DNA from: Candidatus Uhrbacteria bacterium
GTDB taxonomy: Bacteria > Patescibacteriota > Patescibacteriia > UBA9934 > GWF2-40-263
Assembly: GCA_023246355.1 (NCBI GenBank)
Contig: JAHFIQ010000001.1
Span: 286,247-350,246, forward strand
DNA: 64,000 nt
Direction of reading: 5' to 3'
Position numbers and translations under genes: made by a program. Below the pieces are notes generated by a model that was given only the letters and a program-made list of their open reading frames with translations, had not been told where the DNA came from and made no database searches. This document shows, piece after piece, positions 53,584-62,486 of the stretch (position 1 is its first letter; each line of letters starts with the position of its first letter).

Positions 53584-53955
53584 TCACAGCCAGCCGATCG
53601 CGATGAGCGGCAGAAGTGTGAGCAAGTGAAGGATCTGGTCAAGCCAGATCGTCTTCACGTAGAGCTTGCGTGCCTTGTGGTAGTCGACCACCATGTGGGC
53701 GAGGAAGATCGCCAGAAACGCGAGCGGGTTTGATGCGATCCCCAGCACCCGGGCTGCCACCACGAATGTCGCGGTGTAGGTGAGGCAGTGGTAGAGCAGG
53801 ATCTCGTTGGCGCTCGCACCGCCCGCTTCGGGCTGACCCTTGTTGATGAGGGGCGACTTCATCGTTGCCATCCAGGCGCTCTGGAAGGCGAAGTCGGCCA
53901 GGAAGTGCACAGCGCTCCAGAAAAGAAGCGCGGACAGGAACAGGGAAGGATTCAT
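53584..53955 (-). CDS. DUF3307-like small membrane protein (GC-rich)
   Basis: Start at MNPSLFLSALLFWSAVHFLADFAFQSAWMA, which carries the H..ADF..Q motif of DUF3307. 123 aa, 3-4 TM. The ORF-track N-terminal extension and the 53639-54367 ORF are high-GC artefacts. Confidence 0.5.
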   Translation of the reverse strand: MNPSLFLSALLFWSAVHFLADFAFQSAWMATMKSPLINKGQPEAGGASANEILLYHCLTYTATFVVAARVLGIASNPLAFLAIFLAHMVVDYHKARKLYVKTIWLDQILHLLTLLPLIAIGWL

Positions 53956-54070
53956 GACGATCTCCTTGTCTGTATTCACCGTACTCCTGCCAAAAATAGT
54001 GCCTAGAGTATCTGTCGAAATTCCTGACAACATTTTGACTAGGCAGCCAGAGCATGAGATCGTACCGTAT

Positions 54071-54829
54071 ATGCGCATGCACTACTCTCCTGAACTCATG
54101 ACCGGGCTTCTGGCCTGGGGCTTGGATAAAAAAGAAGCCAAGGTGTACTTGGCTGCGCTTGAGTTGGGACCAACGTCCGTGCTCGAGCTTGCACGTCGAA
54201 CGCAGTTTCCTCGCACAACCCTGTATCCGATTTTGGATCGCCTCAAAACGCAGGGCGTCTTTCGTATGGGCAAGAAAAAAACAGCGACTGTGTTTATCGC
54301 TGAGCCTCCAGCGCGTTTGGCAGAGATCATGCATGAGCGTGAGGGTCAGGTGGAGAAAAGTATTCATGGACTCGAGCTCTTACAAGAAACAGCACAGGGC
54401 AGGCCAGGTGTGGTGTTCTATGAGGGCACGGAAGGATTCAAACGCCTGTGGAAATTGGTTCTACATTCAGGGGTCAAAGAATATCGGTTGCTGACCTCAG
54501 GCATTGGGCTACGCGATTATGTGAAGGAGCCGTATCTTATCAATCGCATTATTGAAGAGAGAAAAAAGTTAGGCATCAAGAGTTTGCAGCTTATTCGCGA
54601 TGGACGTGTTGCTCGCGAGATCATTGCCAAAGATCATGAAGAATTGCGCGAGTCGCGCCTGCTCCCATCAACGGTCGAACTGCCGGCAACCGTGCTTATT
54701 TTTGCGTCCCAAGTCGCGTTCATCACCAGTCGTCATGAAAATACCATGATCATTCTGGCAAGCGGCGACGTAGCTGCCACGTACAAGACGTTATTTGATT
54801 TGGTGTGGGAGAAAGCAACGCGACCCTGA
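54071..54829 (+). CDS. TrmB-family transcriptional regulator
   Basis: N-terminal wHTH LAWGLDKKEAKVYLAALELGPTSVLELARRTQFPRTTLYPILDRLKTQGVF matches the TrmB signature, plus a C-terminal effector domain. The start could be 54077 or 54098. Confidence 0.7.
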   Translation: MRMHYSPELMTGLLAWGLDKKEAKVYLAALELGPTSVLELARRTQFPRTTLYPILDRLKTQGVFRMGKKKTATVFIAEPPARLAEIMHEREGQVEKSIHGLELLQETAQGRPGVVFYEGTEGFKRLWKLVLHSGVKEYRLLTSGIGLRDYVKEPYLINRIIEERKKLGIKSLQLIRDGRVAREIIAKDHEELRESRLLPSTVELPATVLIFASQVAFITSRHENTMIILASGDVAATYKTLFDLVWEKATRP

Positions 54830-54883
54830 GTTTTTAGTCAATAGAATACCGCCCCGTTGTATGGGCGGTTAGCTGTGTTCCTG

Positions 54884-55555
54884 CTATGGAGGTAAGGCGA
54901 TGATGATTGGATGTTGGTCGAAGGTTGAACCAACGAGGTGGTTTCCTTCCAGCCAGCCGTCGATGATTGAGCGCAGAGCTGAGGTGAGATCCTGCCTGCC
55001 AAGCAGTGCCGCCACTACGAAATCAATCGTGGTGTCGTGGCAAGTGCCGAACAAGCAATCGAGATAGGAATCTCGGTGTTCCACTGACCTGTCATGCCAA
55101 CCCGTTGTCCAGGTCGGATCCAATTTCGCCTGGAGGAGGTCCCGGTCGTTTTGGTCAGGGACGGCTTCTTGGAGAAGGTCGTGAAGTTGTGGCCAGAGCC
55201 ACATGTAGATCGCATGCATCGGGGTCCGAATGGACGTCCGGGTTGTTTCCCATCCAGATGGAGTCGTCCCACCGCAGAGAATCTCGGCAGGAAAGCGCAC
55301 GGCACGCCATGACGCTGACGCGACCCGTACCCACTCAGGTGTGAGGATGACTGGTTTACCGATCAGTCCCAGAGGGGCGAGCGATTCCAGGAATCTCTGG
55401 TTGAGCGGTCCACGTTCGAGTTGAACGGTTCCCAATCTACCAAGGAGCTCGGTGATGCCTGCTCCGTCGCTTTTTGGAAGAAGTGGAAGTTGTTTGACGA
55501 CGGTATCGACGTTAACGTGACTTTCGGCGTTCATGGCCTGTGCGAAAGAGCCCAC
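54884..55555 (-). CDS. hypothetical protein (GC-rich; possibly DinB/MDMPI-like)
   Basis: 223 aa, no confident motif. Confidence 0.4.
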   Translation of the reverse strand: MGSFAQAMNAESHVNVDTVVKQLPLLPKSDGAGITELLGRLGTVQLERGPLNQRFLESLAPLGLIGKPVILTPEWVRVASASWRAVRFPAEILCGGTTPSGWETTRTSIRTPMHAIYMWLWPQLHDLLQEAVPDQNDRDLLQAKLDPTWTTGWHDRSVEHRDSYLDCLFGTCHDTTIDFVVAALLGRQDLTSALRSIIDGWLEGNHLVGSTFDQHPIIIALPP

Positions 55556-55656
55556 GAGTCCTCCTTAGGAGGAAGCCTAGTGTTTATGGGACACGCGATG
55601 TTATCAGAAAAACTCAAGAATGTCAATGTGAGAACGATGCGGTACACTATTGCCGT

Positions 55657-58281
55657 ATGATCCAACCCACCCTTCTCGTTCTAGACGGCAATGCCCTTTT
55701 GCATCGCGCCTGGCATGCGATTCCTCCTCTCACAACCAAGGATGGGCTTGTTGTGAATGCAGTCTATGGATTTGCGATGGTCGTGGAAAAAATGCTCGAG
55801 GTGCACAAGCCTAGCGCCATGGCTGTTGCTTGGGATCTGCCTGGGGAAACGTTTCGCCACAAACTGTACGTGGAGTACAAGGCACAGCGAGAGAAAAAAG
55901 AACAAGAGTTATACGATCAGATTCCGATCATTCAAAACATGTTGATGGCGTTTGGAATTCCATCGGTGAGTGCAGAAGGATTCGAGGCCGATGACGTCAT
56001 CGGGACCCTTGCACGTGAAGCCGCAGAGAAACAGTTTCACACATTGATCGTGACCGGCGACCTTGACGCACTCCAGCTCGTGGACAACAACACCCACGTC
56101 TTGTTTTTCCAAAAAGGCATCAGTGAGACCAAACTCTATGACGAGGCTGCCGTCACACAACGGTACGGTCTCTCACCGTCTCAGCTCATTGACTACAAAG
56201 CTCTGCGGGGAGACCCGAGTGATAATTTGCCCGGCATTGCCGGCATTGGTGAGAAGACCGCCACGGATTTGTTGCAGCGCTATCAGAGTATTGAAGGAAT
56301 TTTTCACGCGCTTCCTGAGATCGAAGAAAAATTTGCCAAGAAACTGCGAGGGCAGGAAACACAGGTGGAGGCCTCCAAGGTGTTGGTGACGATTGTGAGA
56401 GACGTCAAAACTGGTTTTGACTGGAAGCAGGCCACGCTACACGAGATCGACTGGTCGCGTGTGCTGCCGATCTATCGTGAGCTCGAGTTTCGGACACTGA
56501 TAAAAAAGCATACGGTAGATTCTGGTGGTAGCCGCGGGCTTCAGCCCGCGTCCGAAAAACCGACCAGTCGCGTACAGATTGTTCGGGACATCGCTGAGCT
56601 ACAGCGCAGGCTCACGCCTGCGGCTACCAATACGATTGGGATCCTTATCGCTGAGCAGCAGCCGGATTTATTTGGCGCGACGACAGCGGCTGCAGCTATT
56701 TCGGATGGCTCACAAACATTTGTCCTCATGAATCCAACCAAGGATGCGCTCCGTGAGATCCAAAAGATTCTCTCAGCAGCCCATCTTGTCATCACGCATG
56801 ACCTCAAGCATCTCACGCATCAGCTTGGGGAGACGATTTCCACGCCAGCTTTCGATACAATGATCGCGTCGTACTTGCTTTTTGCTGGCACCAGGTCCCA
56901 TGATCTTGCTTCCGTTGCACACAAAGCCCTTGGTCGCACGATTGCCGATCTGCCTCTCACCTTTGCCAAAGAAAAAGATTACGAGACCCTTGGATCTGTT
57001 GCCGCGACCCTTCCTGAGCTTGCCCAATCAATGCGTGGTGAGTTGGAGAAGGCAACGCTCACAAACATTTTTGATGAAATAGAAATGCCTTTGATTCCTG
57101 TGCTCTACAGAATGGAGCAGGAAGGTATTCAACTGGATACACAGAGTCTTGCGGCGTTTTCTTTGACGCTCACACATCGGATCGATGCGTTAACACAGAA
57201 GATCCACAATGCCGCAGGCGTTGAGTTTAACATCCATTCCCCTTCTCAACTTGCAGAGGTGCTGTTTGAGACCATGAAGTTGCCGACCAAAGGGATTAAA
57301 AAAACAAAGTCAGGATTTTCTACGGCCGCGCCAGAGCTCGAGAAACTCTGGGAGGTTCATGAAATCATTCCTTTGTTATCTGAATATCGAGAGCTGACCA
57401 AATTACAGTCGACGTATGTGGAAGCTCTGCCGAAGTTGGTTCACAAAGACGGTCGGGTACACACAAGCTACAACCAAACCGTTGCGGCCACGGGGCGACT
57501 TTCTTCCTCTGATCCAAATTTACAAAACATTCCGATTAAAACAGAACTCGGTCGCGAGATTCGGAAAGCATTTGTGGCTCCCAAGGGAAAACGTTTGCTG
57601 GCGCTCGACTATTCACAAATCGAGTTGCGGCTCGCTGCTGTGATTGCCAAAGACAAACCCTTCATTACCGCCTTCCAAGAAGGAGCGGACATTCATACAC
57701 GCACCGCTGCTGAGGTCTGGGATGTTTCCGAGGATCAGGTCACAAAAGATCAACGTCGTGCGGCCAAGGCGATCAACTTTGGCATTTTGTACGGCATGGG
57801 ACCGCGCAGTCTGTCGCGATCGACCGGGCTCTCGATGGAAGAAGCCAAACAGTTTATTGATCGGTATTTTGACATTCATCACGCGATTCGTGACTATCTT
57901 GATCAAACCAAAATGAAAGCTCACACAGATGGTTATGTCGAAACCTTGTTTGGACGTCGACGGTATTTACCAGAAATTCAATCTGGTGTGCCAATGCTCA
58001 TCGCAGCCGCAGAGCGTATGGCGATCAACATGCCTGTGCAAGGGACAGCAGCAGACATTATGAAAATGGCCATGCTGCGGGTGGCCGGGTGGCTTTCAAA
58101 AAGTCAGTGGCCGGCCAAGATGCTTCTCCAAGTCCATGACGAGCTTGTGCTGGAGTGTGAGAAAGACGCGGTGGAAGCCGTGGCCAAAGGCGTGAAAGAG
58201 ATGATGGAAAGCGTTGCGAGTTTTGACGTGCCACTTGTGGTGGATGTGGAGGTTGGCAAAAATTGGGGCGAGATGGAATAA
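55657..58281 (+). CDS. polA: DNA polymerase I
   Basis: Start MIQPTLLVLDGNALLHRAWHA (5'-3' exonuclease domain). Pol A motifs RRAAKAINFGILYGMG (motif B) and LQVHDELVLE (motif C). 875 aa. Confidence 0.95.
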   Translation: MIQPTLLVLDGNALLHRAWHAIPPLTTKDGLVVNAVYGFAMVVEKMLEVHKPSAMAVAWDLPGETFRHKLYVEYKAQREKKEQELYDQIPIIQNMLMAFGIPSVSAEGFEADDVIGTLAREAAEKQFHTLIVTGDLDALQLVDNNTHVLFFQKGISETKLYDEAAVTQRYGLSPSQLIDYKALRGDPSDNLPGIAGIGEKTATDLLQRYQSIEGIFHALPEIEEKFAKKLRGQETQVEASKVLVTIVRDVKTGFDWKQATLHEIDWSRVLPIYRELEFRTLIKKHTVDSGGSRGLQPASEKPTSRVQIVRDIAELQRRLTPAATNTIGILIAEQQPDLFGATTAAAAISDGSQTFVLMNPTKDALREIQKILSAAHLVITHDLKHLTHQLGETISTPAFDTMIASYLLFAGTRSHDLASVAHKALGRTIADLPLTFAKEKDYETLGSVAATLPELAQSMRGELEKATLTNIFDEIEMPLIPVLYRMEQEGIQLDTQSLAAFSLTLTHRIDALTQKIHNAAGVEFNIHSPSQLAEVLFETMKLPTKGIKKTKSGFSTAAPELEKLWEVHEIIPLLSEYRELTKLQSTYVEALPKLVHKDGRVHTSYNQTVAATGRLSSSDPNLQNIPIKTELGREIRKAFVAPKGKRLLALDYSQIELRLAAVIAKDKPFITAFQEGADIHTRTAAEVWDVSEDQVTKDQRRAAKAINFGILYGMGPRSLSRSTGLSMEEAKQFIDRYFDIHHAIRDYLDQTKMKAHTDGYVETLFGRRRYLPEIQSGVPMLIAAAERMAINMPVQGTAADIMKMAMLRVAGWLSKSQWPAKMLLQVHDELVLECEKDAVEAVAKGVKEMMESVASFDVPLVVDVEVGKNWGEME

Positions 58282-58286
58282 AAAAA

Positions 58287-58316
58287 CGCCCCGACAAGCC
58301 AGGGCGCTTTTTTAGT
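58287..58316. terminator. bidirectional terminator (A7-CGCCC-cgacaagcca-GGGCG-CT6)
   Basis: GC stem flanked by A- and T-runs between the convergent polA and anti-sigma genes. Confidence 0.55.
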
Positions 58317-59067
58317 TAAGCTCAATGTCGATGTCGGTGTCAGAATCTGAGCGAAGAGAGTCGTCTACGTTTAGATCGGTTTGTGTGTCCGAGTCCGCTT
58401 GGACTTCATCCTCTGGTTCTGCTTCTACATCTGCGTCTGTCTCCACTTTGGTTTCTTCCTCCACGACAATTCCCATATGAAGGAGTTGTTCAGCCTTGGC
58501 TTCCAGGTACGCATCAATGTGTCCCTCTACGCTTGCCGCGGCTGTTAGGTTCCCCTTGGCTTCTAGCTCACTGGCCACGCGGTGGGCATTTTCAAGATGG
58601 GTATCGATCTGTTCTTCAATGTGCATTTGTGCATCTGGATTCAACTGTCCTGACGCCTCTAGTTCCACGGCTTCTTGTGCTCTACGGTCAGCTTGTTCGA
58701 TCTCCCACTCTGCCTGTGATTGTGAATCGATGGTGAGAGCAGAGCGAAATCCTTCGTTCACATGAATTTTGACTGGGTAGAGAAAGTCACCAGGAATAGA
58801 GGACTCTGCAGCGACGACGGTTCCAACACCGACAAAGATACTCATGAGTATGGCTAAGATTGGCATAGGGATGAATGTTAGTGAATGAGCGCATGAGAGA
58901 AAGGTCGCTAGCAAACCCTTCTGTGGTATAGGACGCTCAGGGGGCCGGTTTCTTACCGGGTGTATTTTCACTGTATGCAAAAGAATTTGTCGAATTTCTT
59001 CTTTTCGATTCTGTTTTAGAGAGATATCTCGTAGGTCTTTGAGATGATTTATGCGTAGGCGGCCCAT
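58312..59067 (-). CDS. putative membrane anti-sigma factor with DUF5667-like periplasmic domain
   Basis: Overlaps the 3' end of the ECF sigma gene. Single TM MPILAILMSIFVGVGTVVAA. Extracytoplasmic PGDFLYPVK...helical/acidic domain. Confidence 0.45.
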   Translation of the reverse strand: MGRLRINHLKDLRDISLKQNRKEEIRQILLHTVKIHPVRNRPPERPIPQKGLLATFLSCAHSLTFIPMPILAILMSIFVGVGTVVAAESSIPGDFLYPVKIHVNEGFRSALTIDSQSQAEWEIEQADRRAQEAVELEASGQLNPDAQMHIEEQIDTHLENAHRVASELEAKGNLTAAASVEGHIDAYLEAKAEQLLHMGIVVEEETKVETDADVEAEPEDEVQADSDTQTDLNVDDSLRSDSDTDIDIELN

Positions 59068-59558
59068 AGGGTTTGAAGGGTTTTTTTGGCGCGGTGGATG
59101 CGCACAGAAATAACATTAGGTGTTTCATCAAGCATCTTGGCAATGTCTCGGGTTGGATAGCCCTCGACAAATCGTAGAATGATCAGTTCACGATCAGACT
59201 CGGAAAGGTTTTTCAGGTGGGAGAAAAGTTCATTGGTCTCAATTTCATGAAAAATGGTTTGCGCATTTTGTCCCTCTGGTTCTTGTCCATGTTCCAGTCT
59301 TTCCTCTATGGAATAGTTTGGTTTTTGCCTGCGTCGGTTATCGACGATGAGATTTCGTGCCACGCGGTAGAGAAACGCTTTTATTGAATCGATGTCTTTC
59401 CCATTGGCAATGTAACTCCATGTTTTGATAAATGTTTCTTGTGTGAGATCCTCGGCCAACGATTGATCGCGTACACGAAACAAGCAATAGCGAAATATTG
59501 CGTCCGCATGGCTCTCGTAGGCCTCAAGAAAAGATTGTTCTGTTCGTGTCATCCCCAT
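59049..59558 (-). CDS. ECF-type RNA polymerase sigma-70 factor
   Basis: 169 aa. Region 2 (DLTQETFIKTW, YRVARNLIVD) and region 4 HTH (YPTRDIAKMLDETPNVISVRIHRAKKTL). Confidence 0.85.
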   Translation of the reverse strand: MGMTRTEQSFLEAYESHADAIFRYCLFRVRDQSLAEDLTQETFIKTWSYIANGKDIDSIKAFLYRVARNLIVDNRRRQKPNYSIEERLEHGQEPEGQNAQTIFHEIETNELFSHLKNLSESDRELIILRFVEGYPTRDIAKMLDETPNVISVRIHRAKKTLQTLWAAYA

Positions 59559-59627
59559 ACCTCACCAGTATAAGACGGATCAAAGGTTTTTTCCTTACCG
59601 AGTCCTTTCGGGTAAGATATTCCCACT

Positions 59628-60602
59628 ATGCTTATTTTTGTCTACGGTGATGATACGTTCAGAATTCAAGAGAAGGTAAAACAGATGAAAGAGGCGTTCA
59701 AGGTTAAGTTTGACCCCACAGGTTTGAATACTGCCGAGTTTCCCAATGGAGATACAGCAAAATTTGAAGTTGGGGAGGTCATGGGGGCTGTGCGATCGCT
59801 TCCGTTTTTGGGTCAAAAAAGAATGGTCGTGGTACGTGATTTGATTGCTCGTACAAAAAAAACGGATATGGACGTTTGGGAGAAAGGATTTCTTCAGGCA
59901 CCCGAATCCACGATCGTGATTTTTTGGGAGACAGAATCAGTGAAGGATGTCGAAAAGAAACCATTGTTTGTGGCACTCAAAGGAGCTGCAGAGGTTCACA
60001 ACTATCCATTCCCCGAATTGGAGGGAGCGGCACTTGTCCGTTGGACTTCGGAGCGAGTGAAGGCACGAGGAGGATCGATCGATCCGCAGGCTCTCCAGGG
60101 ATTGGCTGATCGTGTCCAAGGAGATTTGTGGCAGATGGATCATGAGATTTCAAAGTTGGTGGCGTATGCCTCTGGCCACGAAATATCGCGGGCTGTGATC
60201 GACGAGCTTGTACCTCTGAGTTTTGAGGAAAAGATTTTTGAGCTGATGGATGCGGTTTCACAAAAGCGAAAAGCTGACGCGATCCGGATGCTCTCAAACG
60301 AACGTTCTGCTGGATCTGATGATCACTACTTGCTCACCATGCTTGGGCGACAGGTCAGGATTTTGCTTGGAGCACGTGCGCTGCTTGATGAGAATCCACG
60401 TGTGACAAAAGAGACGCTTGCTGCAGCACTCAGTGTTCATCCGTTTGTCGCGCAAAAGGTTCTTGCGCAAGCCAAAGGATTTTCTTTCTCGCATCTGAGA
60501 GCCGTGCATGATTTGCTTTTTGAGTTTGACCAACAACTGAAATCCGGCCAGGTCGCGCCAGATATGGCTGTTGATCTCACGGCCGTCAAGATGATGACAT
60601 AA
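59628..60602 (+). CDS. holA: DNA polymerase III delta subunit
   Basis: 324 aa, MLIFVYGDDTFRIQEKVKQMKEAF... a typical HolA N-terminus, plus a C-terminal helical domain. Confidence 0.8.
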   Translation: MLIFVYGDDTFRIQEKVKQMKEAFKVKFDPTGLNTAEFPNGDTAKFEVGEVMGAVRSLPFLGQKRMVVVRDLIARTKKTDMDVWEKGFLQAPESTIVIFWETESVKDVEKKPLFVALKGAAEVHNYPFPELEGAALVRWTSERVKARGGSIDPQALQGLADRVQGDLWQMDHEISKLVAYASGHEISRAVIDELVPLSFEEKIFELMDAVSQKRKADAIRMLSNERSAGSDDHYLLTMLGRQVRILLGARALLDENPRVTKETLAAALSVHPFVAQKVLAQAKGFSFSHLRAVHDLLFEFDQQLKSGQVAPDMAVDLTAVKMMT

Positions 60603-60605
60603 AAA

Positions 60606-60631
60606 ACAGACTCACTCGGAGTCTGTTTTTG
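60606..60631. terminator. bidirectional terminator (ACAGACTC-actcg-GAGTCTGT flanked by A6 / T5) between holA and rpsT
   Basis: Perfect 8 bp stem. Confidence 0.7.
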
Positions 60632-60633
60632 TC

Positions 60634-60903
60634 TTACGCCTTTGCAAGGGCGTTTACCTTTTTCATGAGACGGGACTTGTAGCGTGCGACGGCGTTCTTT
60701 TTGAGGACTTTTTTCTGAGCCGCCTTGTCGAGCTTTTTTCCGATCATGCGCACAACCTCGGTGAGCTCGGAGAGCTTCTTTGCATCGACCAATTTTCGGG
60801 CTTTGACACGCAGGGAGTGAATTTCGGCCTTCACGACCTTGTTTCGCTCAGCACGCTTTTTGTTTTGGCGTAGAGCTTTTTCTGCATTTCGTAGATTTGG
60901 CAT
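60634..60903 (-). CDS. rpsT: 30S ribosomal protein S20
   Basis: MPNLRNAEKALRQNKKRAERNKVVKAEIHSLRVKARK..., canonical S20. Confidence 0.9.
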   Translation of the reverse strand: MPNLRNAEKALRQNKKRAERNKVVKAEIHSLRVKARKLVDAKKLSELTEVVRMIGKKLDKAAQKKVLKKNAVARYKSRLMKKVNALAKA

Positions 60904-60941
60904 AGGTGGCGATAGTATAGCGGAGGGAGAGATGCTGTCAA

Positions 60942-62108
60942 CTATTCCTCACTTGATGGCAGGATGCCAATCTCGACCAGATCTAGCTGCTTTCCCGAGG
61001 TGCCTGCTGTAATACGGAAGATGTCCTTATCTACTTTTTTCAGCTCCTGGGTTGAGCTGGCGTAGGTTCTTACAGTTGTTTCGAGTTGTTTACCAAGTCG
61101 GTTGTGGTGATCTTCGTAGGCCTTCATGTGTCGCATGAGTTGTTCAGCCTGCTTTTGAATATCCTTGACCGAGTCTTCGATTTGGAGCGCCTTGAGTCCT
61201 AACATGACGGTTTGGAGATAGGCAAAGAATGATGTAGGTGAGACGATCATCACCCCTTTTTTAAATGCATACTCAATCAGGTCATGGTTGTTCACGTTGA
61301 CGGCTCCGACACTGCTACTAATAAGATTGTGGTAGACGCCTTCGGCTGGGACAAACATGAACGAGAAGTTTGTTGTTCCCTTTTCGGGCTGGATATACTT
61401 TGATGTTTCGTCGATGCGAACTTTCACATCCCTTTTGAAATCTCGCTCAAGAAGTTCACGGCGTTCGGGGTCGATTTCCTGTGAGATACGATTATAGTTT
61501 TCAAGAGAAAATTTTGCGTCGATGGGAATAAGCATGTCCTTCACAAAGATGACCGCATCTGGGATGAGAGTTTGTCCGGTTTTTTCGTCGATACCGAGCT
61601 GGTATTGCATCTGATATTGTCCAACTGGCAGAACCTGGCCTAGGAGTGACTCAAGCCAATACTCACCAAGGATTCCGCGTTGCTTCGGGTTTTTGAGAAT
61701 ATTCTCGAGACTCTGGAGCTGGGTTGAGAAACCGAGAACTTGCTTGTTTGTTTCATCAAGCTTTGTGAGCCGCTCCGTCACGTCTCTGATGATTCCTGTT
61801 GTGTGCTGGAAATGATTTTGAAGTGTAGACGATGATTCCTTCAGGTTTGTGACGAGTCGGTCATGCATTGTGTCGAGCTTCTCCTCAACTTCCTTTCTTT
61901 GAGATTGTGTAGAATCGAGGATCTCTTTCCGAAGATCGTTGATAAGTGACAAGAGCGAAGTATCGACTTGCGGAACCGCTGGTGATTTTTTTGTGAGAAA
62001 AAAAACAATCAGACCAACAAGGATTGCGCTTAGCACCGAGAAGAGAATTGTTTCCACCATAATTCTTTGACGCTCGTGTTTTGCTGACGTATCATGGCGT
62101 CGCTCCAT
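60942..62108 (-). CDS. rmuC: DNA recombination protein RmuC
   Basis: 388 aa. N-terminal TM, coiled coil, and a C-terminal RmuC nuclease-like domain (…MLIPIDAKFSLENY…). Possible later start at 62060. Confidence 0.8.
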   Translation of the reverse strand: MERRHDTSAKHERQRIMVETILFSVLSAILVGLIVFFLTKKSPAVPQVDTSLLSLINDLRKEILDSTQSQRKEVEEKLDTMHDRLVTNLKESSSTLQNHFQHTTGIIRDVTERLTKLDETNKQVLGFSTQLQSLENILKNPKQRGILGEYWLESLLGQVLPVGQYQMQYQLGIDEKTGQTLIPDAVIFVKDMLIPIDAKFSLENYNRISQEIDPERRELLERDFKRDVKVRIDETSKYIQPEKGTTNFSFMFVPAEGVYHNLISSSVGAVNVNNHDLIEYAFKKGVMIVSPTSFFAYLQTVMLGLKALQIEDSVKDIQKQAEQLMRHMKAYEDHHNRLGKQLETTVRTYASSTQELKKVDKDIFRITAGTSGKQLDLVEIGILPSSEE

Positions 62109-62148
62109 CAGTATAGCACGAATTGTAAAGTATTTTACGACACAAGAT

Positions 62149-62224
62149 GTCCCCGTAGCTCAACAGGATAGAGCTATAGCGTCCTAAGCTGGAGATGGGG
62201 GTTCAAGTCCCTCCGGGGACACCA
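62149..62224 (+). tRNA. tRNA-Arg (CCT), CCA encoded
   Basis: GTCCCCG TA GCTC AACAGGATA GAGC T ATAGC GTCCTAA GCTGG AGAT GGGGG TTCAAGT CCCTC CGGGGAC A CCA. Anticodon CCU. Confidence 0.75.
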
Positions 62225-62486
62225 GAAGTTTTGAAAAAAGCGATGCGCTCGTGCTTCGACCTAGAAAGCCCTCATCGTAGCGCTGCTACGACTCGGGGTT
62301 TCCGGTCTTCAGCACTTCGCGTCTCATCTTTTTTCGAAGCTTCTGGCGGATCATAATGCACGGCGTATCTCGCGCTTTTTGAAGCCAGTTGGATGCAAAT
62401 CGATCCATGTTTATTCAACTGTCTGACTCACGTGTCACTTTACAAAGATTCAAGGCTTGCTCTGCTTCACGTGAAACAAATCTTTT

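Noticed and set aside
52558-53733. 391-aa plus-strand ORF and the 250-aa minus-strand ORF (52445-53197) overlapping the secreted-protein gene
   Set aside because: Both translate to Arg/Gly/Pro/His-rich low-complexity sequence (RRDRRLRLRPRAHRARA...). This is typical of alternative frames in very GC-rich DNA. The frame starting MRSLTLLL has a signal peptide and normal composition.
53639-54367. 242-aa minus-strand ORF spanning the DUF3307/TrmB intergenic region
   Set aside because: Arg-rich, out of frame with the plausible DUF3307 product, and it would overlap the TrmB regulator start. It is a high-GC artefact.
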